Source of the DNA: a bacterium
Lineage (GTDB): Bacteria > Krumholzibacteriota > Krumholzibacteriia > G020349025
Direction of reading: 5' to 3'
Assembly (NCBI GenBank): GCA_031362565.1
Contig: JANLSU010000119.1
Location: forward strand, 9,970-73,969
DNA length: 64,000 nt
In this document: piece after piece, positions 35,800-43,682 of the stretch
How positions within the stretch are numbered: position 1 is the first letter of the stretch
How the letters are laid out: each line of letters opens with the position of its first letter
Notes under the pieces: generated by a model
Database searches by the model: none
What the model was told of the DNA's origin: nothing
Seen by the model: the letters and a program-made list of their open reading frames with translations, nothing else
Position numbers and translations under genes: made by a program

Positions 35800-35933
35800 G
35801 CGGGGCTCCAAGGGCGGAAGACAGGTTCAAGCACGGCCGGCGCGCGAGCCGGAATGCGCGCGCGTCGGCCACGGCGGCATCGAGACTGCCGCAACTGTCC
35901 CCTGCTCCGCTACGGGGCAGGCCGGCGTAACCG

Positions 35934-37358
35934 TCACACCGATGGCCGGATGTTCTGATTCATCCGGAAGAGATTCGTGGGATCGAATTTCTTCTTGAGC
36001 GTGACGAGCCGGTCGTAGTTGCTGCCGTAGGCTGTCTTGACGCGCTCGCCCTCGTCCTGCGTCAAGAAGTTCACGTAGACGCCACCGGTCGCGAACGGCG
36101 CCGCCGCTTGGAAGAGTTCGCGCGCCCAGGCGATGCACTTGGTGTCGTTGGCCGGATCGGCCCAGCGGCCGTGCACGTTCATCACGAATTGCGCGTCGCG
36201 GTGCGTATAGGCGGTCGCTTCCGGCGCCACCCGGCTGACTGCGCCACCCAACTGCGCGACCGCGATCTCGGTCTGCGGATCGGGGATCTTGCGCGCGTGG
36301 GCAATCAGCACGTCGATCAGGCCGTCGCTCACTTCCAGGAAATCGTGCGACTTCCAGTAGTTACGTGCCCCGGGAGTCAAGAGCGGATCGAGAATCGTCT
36401 GCCAAGCCGTGAACGGATGCGGTGCGATGACGTCGGCGAGCGGCTTCCCGAAGTCGCGCAGTGGTTTCGCCATGCGCTCGCCATCTTCGATCGTGCCGTT
36501 GTAACAGACGGCGAGGGCGAGGATGCCCTTGCCGTGCCATTCCACCGGCAGGAAGGGCAAAGGCGGCGCCAGCCGCAGCACGAACCAGCAGACGAATTCC
36601 TCGGGCGTCGTGGCGATGAAGCTGCGGTAGAAGCGCAGCACATCCTTGGCCGCAGCGAGTGGATGGACGATGAGTCCCGAGAGCACCTCGGGCCCGACCG
36701 GATGGAGTTTGAATTCGAAGGACGTGACGACACCGAAATTGCCGCCGCCGCCACGAATGGCCCAGAAGAGATCCGCGTTCTCGGTGGCGCTCGCCTTCAC
36801 CAATTCACCGTTCGCCGTGACGACATCGACCGAATTGAGGTTGTCGATCGACAGCCCGTACTTGCGGCTCAACCAACCGAAGCCGCCACCGAGCGTCAAC
36901 CCGGCGACGCCGGTCGTGGAGTTGATTCCGAGTGGTGTCGCGAGTCCGAAGGCCTGCGCCGCCGTGTCGAATTCGCCGAGCGTCACACCTGCTTCGACGT
37001 GCGCGATGCGTTTTCCAGAATCGATGCGAACGCTCTTCATGGGCGACAGGTCGATCATGAGACCGCCATCGCAGACAGCATTACCGGCGATGTTGTGGCC
37101 GCCGCCGCGTACCGCCAGGACAAAGTCGTTCTCGCGCGCCAAGCTCACTGCCTGCACGACATCGTCGGCCGAAGCGCAACGCGCAATGAGCGCCGGCCGC
37201 CGATCGATCATCGCATTCCAAATCGTCCGCGCTTCGTCGTACTCCGACGACCCGGGCATCACGATGCGCCCGCGCAGCGCGCCTTTGAAATTCTGCAGGG
37301 CCGTTTCGGGCAGCGGCTTGTCGCCACCGGAGCGCGTTTTGATCTTCAGGTCGGGCAT
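35934..37358 (-). CDS. FAD-linked oxidase with berberine-bridge-like C-terminus
   Basis: GGAGGAA SD. FAD_binding_4-like RPALIARCASADDVVQAVSLARENDFVLAVRGGGHNIAGNAV...GGLMIDLSPM. The C-terminal YVNF...YGSNYDRLVTLKKKFDPTNLFRMNQNI is BBE-like. Confidence 0.9.
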   Translation of the reverse strand: MPDLKIKTRSGGDKPLPETALQNFKGALRGRIVMPGSSEYDEARTIWNAMIDRRPALIARCASADDVVQAVSLARENDFVLAVRGGGHNIAGNAVCDGGLMIDLSPMKSVRIDSGKRIAHVEAGVTLGEFDTAAQAFGLATPLGINSTTGVAGLTLGGGFGWLSRKYGLSIDNLNSVDVVTANGELVKASATENADLFWAIRGGGGNFGVVTSFEFKLHPVGPEVLSGLIVHPLAAAKDVLRFYRSFIATTPEEFVCWFVLRLAPPLPFLPVEWHGKGILALAVCYNGTIEDGERMAKPLRDFGKPLADVIAPHPFTAWQTILDPLLTPGARNYWKSHDFLEVSDGLIDVLIAHARKIPDPQTEIAVAQLGGAVSRVAPEATAYTHRDAQFVMNVHGRWADPANDTKCIAWARELFQAAAPFATGGVYVNFLTQDEGERVKTAYGSNYDRLVTLKKKFDPTNLFRMNQNIRPSV

Positions 37359-37435
37359 TGTTCCTCCAACGGGCCTCGAACAACTCCGGCGGCGCCTCGA
37401 CTGTAATGCGGGCGAGTCGGTGGCGGAAACCCCCG

Positions 37436-37930
37436 ATCGGCACCCCGCATGTTCATGCAGGCCGCGACCCTGGCACTCGGAACGGGCGGCTGTCGCGTGT
37501 GCTCACCACGCTGCTGCTCTTGCGCGCGGGATACGTATACGCACCGTATGCATCTTTGGAGCGGGTGAACGAGGAAAACAAGGACCTGTACTACAAGGCT
37601 TTGCGCCGCACGCAAACGACACTCCAGAGCGATGCACCGGACTGGGAGCCTTGGATCGGGTTCTTCCTGCGCTGCGTCAAGAAACAGAAGGACACCCTCG
37701 CGGCGCGGCTCGATCGCGAGTGGACCGCTCAGGGCGGTGAGGATGAATTAACGCAGCTCTCCCGCCAAGTGCTCAAAGCCCTGCGCGAACAAGACCGCCT
37801 GACCATCGCCCAGCTCATCTCGATCACCGGCGCCAATCGCAATACCCTCAAAGTGCGGCTCCGCGAGCTCGTGGCGGCCGGCCAAGTCCGCCGGCATGGC
37901 AGGGCGCGCGCGACTTGGTATTCGCTCTGA
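37436..37930 (+). pseudogene. 5'-truncated Fic/DOC-family gene remnant (C-terminal half with winged-helix tail)
   Basis: The post-motif Fic region is well conserved: NGRLSRVLTTLLLLRAGYVYAPYASLERVNEENKDLYYKALRRTQ...WEPWIGFFLRCVKKQ, plus an HTH-like LTIAQLISITGANRNTLKVRLRELVAAGQVRRHG. The catalytic HPFx[D/E]GNGR motif reads PHVHAGRDPGTRNGR (degenerate). The roughly 150-200 aa that normally precede it are absent: the FAD-oxidase start and SD occupy 37356-37375. Confidence 0.55.
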
Positions 37931-38175
37931 TTGCGGAAAAGAAGTCGGGCGCGAAGCGCGAACAAGAGGGCAGCCTGCTGCTCTCCGGTATCGATCACCG
38001 CGGCAAAGCCTCCGGCCCTGTGCCCCGCCCCCAGGCGACAGCGCACACGTCAGCAGCCACAGCGCATAGGCCAAGAACGACGCCACCAACAGGGTCCAGC
38101 AGACGAGGCGCCACGGATCACGGATCATGGGTCACGACCAATGCTCCCGATCTTGCGACGCCCCGCCGGACAGTG

Positions 38176-38793
38176 CTAGATCAGCGCGGCGGCGCATTCG
38201 ATCGCAGCGAGAATCTCCATCCGGTCCCACGTGGCGACCGGGGCACCGATGGCGTGAAGGATTTCCGGCGTCCGGCCGCGCGCCCGCGGGTGGCGCACCA
38301 CACAAACGCCCTTCCGCAGTTCAAGCCCGGTGCGGAGCTCCCAGTCGACCCAGTCCTGCCAGCGGGACCCGCTGCCAACGACGCAGACGACAATTGCGGC
38401 GCGCGCAATCTTTTCTTGGATGATCTCTTGCGCCAGCACCGCCGCTGGACTCTGGAACGGCGCCCGCAGGCTGCACTCGTAGAAGTCGAGTGCAATCTTG
38501 GGATGGCGTGTCAGCTTGTGAAGGTCGAGCACCTTCGCATGATCTTCCGCGTGCACGCTCACGAACACCCGGCGCGACTGGGCAACTTCGCGGGCTTCGC
38601 CGTGAAACGCGCGGCGCAGTTGCCGCAAGGAGCGGAATCCACGTGCGGCGAGGAAGGCGGCGATTCGCATGTCAGGCGGTGCGTTGAGGCGAAGGCCGTA
38701 CCACGCCTCGATGTCCGCCACGCAGACCCCGGGGAGGGCGCGGCCAAACGCGGCGCGGACTCGCGGGCAGAACTTGCGAATCTTCGTGCTCAT
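38176..38793 (-). CDS. TIR-like domain protein (DUF1863 / ThsB-like) with about 70-aa N-terminal extension
   Basis: RRVFVSVHAEDHAKVLDL...DFYECSLRAPFQS...IQEKIARAAIVVCVVGSGSRWQDWVDWELRTGLELRKGVCVVR...ATWDRMEILAAIECA matches the strand-helix pattern and W-V-x-W-E motif of the MTH538/ThsB TIR-like family. Start chosen at ATG 38793, where GC3 rises sharply; GTG at 38964 is an alternative. Confidence 0.7.
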   Translation of the reverse strand: MSTKIRKFCPRVRAAFGRALPGVCVADIEAWYGLRLNAPPDMRIAAFLAARGFRSLRQLRRAFHGEAREVAQSRRVFVSVHAEDHAKVLDLHKLTRHPKIALDFYECSLRAPFQSPAAVLAQEIIQEKIARAAIVVCVVGSGSRWQDWVDWELRTGLELRKGVCVVRHPRARGRTPEILHAIGAPVATWDRMEILAAIECAAALI

Positions 38794-38974
38794 CGGCTTT
38801 CCCCCACCAATGGCTCCCGGAGGTCGAAATCGCACCCTCGGGCAAAAATCGCGGTGACGCGCCGGATCCGTCGTCCTTGAACCAACGCGGGGAGTCCATC
38901 CGCCGGGCACGCCACCGCAACACGGCGCTTCGCCGCCGCGGCGGCCCCCGTTTGCGCTCGCCACAAGTAGGCGC

Positions 38975-39000
38975 GGGCGGCAGTACCCTCACTGCCGCCC
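38975..39000. terminator. 9-bp stem / 8-nt loop GC hairpin in the 288-nt spacer between the radical SAM and TIR-like genes
   Basis: GGGCGGCAG-TACCCTCA-CTGCCGCCC read directly from the sequence. It lies about 80 nt downstream of the radical SAM stop on the minus strand, with no U-tract. It could be a terminator or attenuator. Confidence 0.35.
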
Positions 39001-39081
39001 GCTCCGCCCTTGGGGGGGGACTTGTCCGCGTCCTATGATTGACAACGTCCCGAGGCAAGAATCTGCACGCGCCTGGAAGAA

Positions 39082-40236
39082 CTAATTTCCAACGCCCGCC
39101 CGCTGCGGCGACCGAACCCAGCGAACCGCGGTCGAGTTCGCCGCCACACCGCTGCCGGCGCTGCCCGCGCTGCCACCCCTGCCGGCCCCGCCCGCGCCCG
39201 CCCGCCGCAGCTCTCCATCACCGCCCTCCGCGAGTCCCTTCATTGGACAAACGAGCGTCGCCCGGTCGCCGGAAAAGAGCCCCCGCATCCAACGGCGCAT
39301 GTCGGGCCCCGAAAGCTCCATTCGCCCGCCGGGTCGCAAGCGCCCGACTTGATTGGCGGGGTGGTCGAGTGCCACCGTGCACTTGCCGATGCGGCCATCG
39401 GATCGCACCACGAGCGAGTTGCCGCGCGACGCGTAACAGACGGTCTCGAGATCGTCCGGGGTCACCAGTTCGACACCCAGTTCATCCGCCCGCTCGCGCA
39501 GGCGCACGAACACATCGGCCATGCGTTCCGCGGCGAGATAGCCGAACGTCGCGTCCGCCGGTCCGCCGAGCGGCGACAGCGGCCGCAAGAAAACCGCGAA
39601 GCGCGGGTCACCGCCGAACTCCGCTGCGAAGGCCTCGAGGAACGACCCGAGCGATGCTTCATTGTCGGCGCTCGCATGCAGTCGCATCAGCATCCGAAAC
39701 GTCGCATCGCGGCGCCGCATCGCGCTCAGGTTGCCCCAAATACGCTCGAACGTCGCGCCACCGCCGGCCCGCCGCCGCGTCCGATCGTGTTCCGCGGCCG
39801 GACCATCGAATGACACTTGATAGCGTCTAACACCAAGCTCGAGAAGCCGCCCGGCGACATCGGGCGTCAAGAACCAGCCGTTCGTTGTGATGTCGCCGCT
39901 GACCCGCAGCTTGGGATTCGCAACCGCCAGCCGTTGTACCGCGCCCATCACGTCGTCGATCACCGCGCGCGCCAGGAGCGGTTCACCGCCAAACCAAGCG
40001 ATGGCGAGTGAATCCAGCTCCGGGGCCCGGATTTCCAACCATTCGACGAGCGCACGCACGATCCACGGCCGCATGCGCCCCGATTCGAATGTCTCGTAGC
40101 AGTAGGTGCACCGGAAATTGCATTTCTCCGTCGGCATGACGATGACGTGCAACTCGCGGGCGTCGAGGCCGCGGTACACCTCTCGCAGCGGAACTGCGAG
40201 AGGTGTTGCCGCGCCGGCTCGTGGAGCCTTCAGCAA
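39082..40236 (-). CDS. Radical SAM enzyme with C-terminal twitch/partial-SPASM auxiliary-cluster domain (peptide-maturase-like)
   Basis: CxxxCxxC = CNFRCTYC in LHVIVMPTEKCNFRCTYCYETFESGRM. Also GGEPLL and VSFDGPAAEHDRTR. C-terminal CYASRGNSLVVRSDGRIGKC (G-x4-C) plus a single later Cys (LVCPMKG). There is no ATG upstream of the cluster motif. Candidate starts are TTG 40236 (overlaps the stop of the upstream small gene) or GTG 40179. The track start at 40377 gives an implausible Arg-rich extension. Confidence 0.85.
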   Translation of the reverse strand: MLKAPRAGAATPLAVPLREVYRGLDARELHVIVMPTEKCNFRCTYCYETFESGRMRPWIVRALVEWLEIRAPELDSLAIAWFGGEPLLARAVIDDVMGAVQRLAVANPKLRVSGDITTNGWFLTPDVAGRLLELGVRRYQVSFDGPAAEHDRTRRRAGGGATFERIWGNLSAMRRRDATFRMLMRLHASADNEASLGSFLEAFAAEFGGDPRFAVFLRPLSPLGGPADATFGYLAAERMADVFVRLRERADELGVELVTPDDLETVCYASRGNSLVVRSDGRIGKCTVALDHPANQVGRLRPGGRMELSGPDMRRWMRGLFSGDRATLVCPMKGLAEGGDGELRRAGAGGAGRGGSAGSAGSGVAANSTAVRWVRSPQRAGVGN

Positions 40237-40625
40237 CGCGCATCCACGACGACGGGTGCATCGTCGTCGTCTTCGGCGAAAATGGCGCCGCCCTTTGCCT
40301 TTGCCCTTGCCCTCGCGCTCGCATTGGCTGCCGCAGGCATCGCGAGCGGCCCAACGCGAAACAGTCCCGAAAAACACCCCTCAACGGGGTTGTCCAGGAA
40401 CTGAAGGACAGCGCCTCTCAGATCGGCGTTCTTGAGAGTGATCCGCCCGGTCGCTGCGTCGAATGCGACTTCGTCGCCCTCGAAGTTGCCGAGGGCGGCT
40501 GCATTGATGCCCCGCGGCTTGGCCTTCGGGGCACGCGCTCCGGGTGCGGCGCGCTTGGCGCCACGTGCTGGCGGAATCGGGCTCTTCTTGCTCTTGGGAT
40601 TCGATTTCCGAGGTTCGATTGGCAT
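40230..40625 (-). CDS. 131-aa K/P-rich hypothetical protein; candidate substrate or partner of the adjacent radical SAM enzyme
   Basis: AAGGAG 7 nt upstream of the ATG at 40625. GC3 is high over the first roughly 85 codons and weaker over the last roughly 45, where another frame is also open. Sequence: MPIEPRKSNPKSKKSPIPPARGAKRAAPGARAPKAKPRGINAAALGNFEGDEVAFDAATGRITLKNADLRGAVLQFLDNPVEGCFSGLFRVGPLAMPAAANASARARAKAKGGAIFAEDDDDAPVVVDARC. Confidence 0.5.
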   Translation of the reverse strand: MPIEPRKSNPKSKKSPIPPARGAKRAAPGARAPKAKPRGINAAALGNFEGDEVAFDAATGRITLKNADLRGAVLQFLDNPVEGCFSGLFRVGPLAMPAAANASARARAKAKGGAIFAEDDDDAPVVVDARC

Positions 40626-40666
40626 GTGGTTCTCCTTCAAGGTTTATATCGATCCATCGATCCGGT

Positions 40667-43636
40667 TTAACGCCAGTCTCCAACTGCTACGAATCCTGCC
40701 CAGTGATACGGATGTCCGCCCGCACCGCGGGCCCGCGCTGCTTGCAGCGCACCAAGGCTCGCGGCGCGCACTGCCGCCGCCGTATCCATTTTCTTCTGGA
40801 AGTGATTCTCGTACAGCGAATGCATCCATGCCCCTGCATCCTCGTCGGCGACAGACCAAAGGCTCGCGATGACCGTTCGAGCGCCCGCCTGTTGAAAGAC
40901 GCGGCGGAGCCCCATGACACCCTCGCGGGCGCGAAGCTCACCCAGCCCGGTATCGCAAGCCGACAACACCACCCACTCGACGCCTTCCAGGTCGAGTGAG
41001 GAAACTTCGTCCACCGTCAGAATGCCGTCGTCGCCTTCGACGGCGCCGGCCGCGGCGCGCCGGTTGGCGCCCGCGAATGCGAGTCCCGCAAAGGGCACAT
41101 CACGCGCGGGATCGGCCAAGAACCCGTGGGTCGAGAGGTGAATCACGCGCCGGCCGGCGGCCGCAGCTTTGAAGCCGCGTTCGGTCGCCTTCTGGCCCAA
41201 GAGACAAAGCGTGTCGGCCGACACGGCGCGCGCCCACAACACCTTGATGTCCAACGCTTCGCGCCCCGAAGCCGGCAGCGGCCGGAATCGCAACCCGCTG
41301 GCCACGCGCCGCGAGTGCGCTGCTTGGGCCATTTCGGGTGGACCGAAATCCGGATTGCCGACCGCGAGCAGTCCGACATTCCGCTGCTGCGTTCTCTGCG
41401 GCACGAGATCGCGTTCGGCGGTCAGAAGATGCACCACGGTTTCGCCTTCAACGAGATAGCGCTGGCCGTCCAACGGCAGCGCCATGAAATTGACGAGGTG
41501 GATGGCCCCGTCGGGCACGACGAACACCCGGCGCGCCGCCCGGAGCGCCGTCGCAAGTGGATCCCAGAGCGCCCGGCGCACGCGCTCGCCGTCGGCGCGA
41601 CACGCGGTTTCGCCGGCAGCGAGCACCGCGTCCGTTTGATTCGCACCCGCTTGCAGATCACGCGACCATGCAGCGATCCCGGTGTCTATCGCCCCGGCGC
41701 TTCCGAGGTCGTAGGCCGCGACCGTGTGTTTGTCGCCACTGACGACGAATGCGGCGTACGCCTGTACGGGCTTCGCATTGAGCCCGCCGGCGGCGCTGGC
41801 GGTGGGAATGCGCGTGTACCGCACGTACACAACGAGCGCCTCACCGGCATGCAGGTGGGCGGCAACCGCCTCGAAGTCGATGCGCTGCCGTTGCTGCTCG
41901 GTGTGATAGGCAGCGCTCTGTGCCGCCAGTTGTGCTTCCACGGCATCCTTGGCGGCGAGCGTCGCGTCGAGGCTGTGCTGATAGTCGGCATTCGACGCGC
42001 CGCCGGGCCCGCGCACGGCGAGCGACGCATAGCGTGTCCGCGCCCGGTCGAGCTCGCGGTCGAGACGGATGACCAGCGAGTCCTTGGAAGCGGCAACAGC
42101 GCGCCGCTCCGCCGCCACCTCGTCGAACACCAGGAGACGCGATTGCACGATGGCATCCACAACCTGGCGCGCGGTTGCCGGGTCGGGGTGCTGCGTGGCA
42201 ATCGAAACGGCGCAGTCGAGACCCGAGGTCCGAATGGCCCCGTAGTCGGTCGCCTGGCGTTCCGGCGCGTGCCGCGCCATGCGCCGCAGTTGTTCGCGGC
42301 CCACAGCTTCCGCATGCAGCGCCTCTGCCAACGCCGGCCCGATGGCGCCGGACTGGGCCGTGGCCCGCGCCAGAACCGCTTCGCAATCCATGGTGCGCGG
42401 GTGCTCGCGGCCAAACGCGTGCTCGTAGATCCGCTCGGCGGCGGCGCTCTTCGTTTGCGCCGCTTCGACGTGTCCCTCGGCGAGATCCAATTCCGCGAGT
42501 TCGATCTGACAGCTCGCCACATCCGGATGTTCCGCCCCGAGCAAATCGGTCCGCAGGTGGAGCACTTCTTCGTACCCGCGCCGTGCCGCCGGCAAGTCTT
42601 GGAGGTTCATTTGCAACTCCGCCGCGCCGAGCAGGTACGCCGCCAAGTCGAGCGGCGAAGTGCCCGGCTGCGACCGCAGGATCTTCAAAGCCTGCTCATA
42701 CTTGGCCTGCGCGTCCCCGAAACGCCCTTGTTTGCGATCCAAGTCCGCGAGGTTGTCGAGAACGTTGGCGATGAGTGGATTGGTGGGCTCGAGCTTGCGG
42801 GTGCGAATCGCAAGGGCGCGGTCGAAGCACTGGCGCGCTTCCACGTAGCTGCCCGTTTCCATCAACAGGGCACCCAGGTTGTTCAGCACGCCTGCTACGG
42901 AGAGATTGTCGGTGCCCAGAGCCTTCTCGCGAATCGCCAACGCGCGGTCGTAGGCGTCGCGGGCGGATGGGAAATCGCTCGTCCACCAATACAAGATCGC
43001 CAGGCCCATGAGCGTGCGGCTCACGTTCATAGGGTCTTTGTCGAAGTTCCGCTCGCGAATGGTGAGTGATTGCTTGAGGCTCGTCTCCGCCGCATCGTAG
43101 TCGCCGAGCTTAGTAAGCAGAATGCCGAGGTCCTTGAGCGTTTCCGCGACCTCCGGGCTCGCGACGCCGAAGGCGGTGCGGCGGATCGCGAGCGCGCGCT
43201 CGTAGCAACCGCGGGCGCCGGAGAAACGTCCCGTATCTTCATACACGATCGCCAAATTGTTCAGGCTGGTGGCCACGTCCGGGTGCGTGGGGCCGGAGAG
43301 TTTCTCGTGCAGATGCACGGCGCGTTCCGCGAACTCCCGCACGTCCGCCACGCCCGAGTGCGCTGCACGCGTCGCGGCTTCGACCAAGAGATCGAGCACT
43401 GCCGCGGTCTCGGAGGAGTTTTTGCCGGACGACGCTTCGACACGGCGGAGCGCGCTCCGCGCGTGTTGCTCGGCGCCGGTGAAGTTGGTGCTGTCGATTT
43501 GGGCCCGAATGGCGGTGATCTCGGGTGCGGCCGGCAAATCGGCTGCGCCCGACGCGCGGGGCACCGGCAACGCCCACCAACCCAACCAAGCGACGATGAG
43601 CGTCCGGCTGAAGTACGGTCGGGGCTTCCGCATCAA
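40667..43636 (-). CDS. Signal-peptide-bearing TPR (TPR_10/12-type) plus CHAT caspase-like protease
   Basis: Signal-like MMRKPRPYFSRTLIVAWLGWWALPVPRASGA. At least 8 kinesin-light-chain-type TPRs (LNNLAIVYEDTGRFSGARGCYERALAIR, LNNLGALLMETGSYVEARQCFDRALAIR and others). CHAT dyad IHLSTHGF and VVLSACDTGLG, plus ASLWSVAD. Confidence 0.9.
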   Translation of the reverse strand: MMRKPRPYFSRTLIVAWLGWWALPVPRASGAADLPAAPEITAIRAQIDSTNFTGAEQHARSALRRVEASSGKNSSETAAVLDLLVEAATRAAHSGVADVREFAERAVHLHEKLSGPTHPDVATSLNNLAIVYEDTGRFSGARGCYERALAIRRTAFGVASPEVAETLKDLGILLTKLGDYDAAETSLKQSLTIRERNFDKDPMNVSRTLMGLAILYWWTSDFPSARDAYDRALAIREKALGTDNLSVAGVLNNLGALLMETGSYVEARQCFDRALAIRTRKLEPTNPLIANVLDNLADLDRKQGRFGDAQAKYEQALKILRSQPGTSPLDLAAYLLGAAELQMNLQDLPAARRGYEEVLHLRTDLLGAEHPDVASCQIELAELDLAEGHVEAAQTKSAAAERIYEHAFGREHPRTMDCEAVLARATAQSGAIGPALAEALHAEAVGREQLRRMARHAPERQATDYGAIRTSGLDCAVSIATQHPDPATARQVVDAIVQSRLLVFDEVAAERRAVAASKDSLVIRLDRELDRARTRYASLAVRGPGGASNADYQHSLDATLAAKDAVEAQLAAQSAAYHTEQQRQRIDFEAVAAHLHAGEALVVYVRYTRIPTASAAGGLNAKPVQAYAAFVVSGDKHTVAAYDLGSAGAIDTGIAAWSRDLQAGANQTDAVLAAGETACRADGERVRRALWDPLATALRAARRVFVVPDGAIHLVNFMALPLDGQRYLVEGETVVHLLTAERDLVPQRTQQRNVGLLAVGNPDFGPPEMAQAAHSRRVASGLRFRPLPASGREALDIKVLWARAVSADTLCLLGQKATERGFKAAAAGRRVIHLSTHGFLADPARDVPFAGLAFAGANRRAAAGAVEGDDGILTVDEVSSLDLEGVEWVVLSACDTGLGELRAREGVMGLRRVFQQAGARTVIASLWSVADEDAGAWMHSLYENHFQKKMDTAAAVRAASLGALQAARARGAGGHPYHWAGFVAVGDWR

Positions 43637-43682
43637 CGTCCTCTTCGGTTCGCGGCGCGGAGCTCCTCTCCTTGGGCACCTT

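Noticed and set aside
38794-38964. Duplicated F-C-P-R-V-R peptide motif (RDFCPRVRF upstream of, and RKFCPRVRA just inside, the TIR-like gene), which would suggest a longer TIR ORF starting at GTG 38964.
   Set aside because: GC3 in 38794-38964 is clearly lower than downstream of the ATG at 38793, and the translation there is Gly/Arg/Pro-rich. The DNA identity of the two copies is modest (about 12 of 18), so it may be coincidence. Kept as an alternative start only.
40286-40320. Short GCC-TTT-GCC-type repeat (plus strand gcctttgcctttgcccttgccctcgcgctcgc) inside the small-protein/rSAM overlap region, considered as a slippage repeat or regulatory element.
   Set aside because: It simply encodes the A-R-A-R-A-K-A-K-G low-complexity run (or G-K-G-K-G-K-G in the other frame). 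It has no independent structural feature and is covered in the finding on the frame ambiguity.
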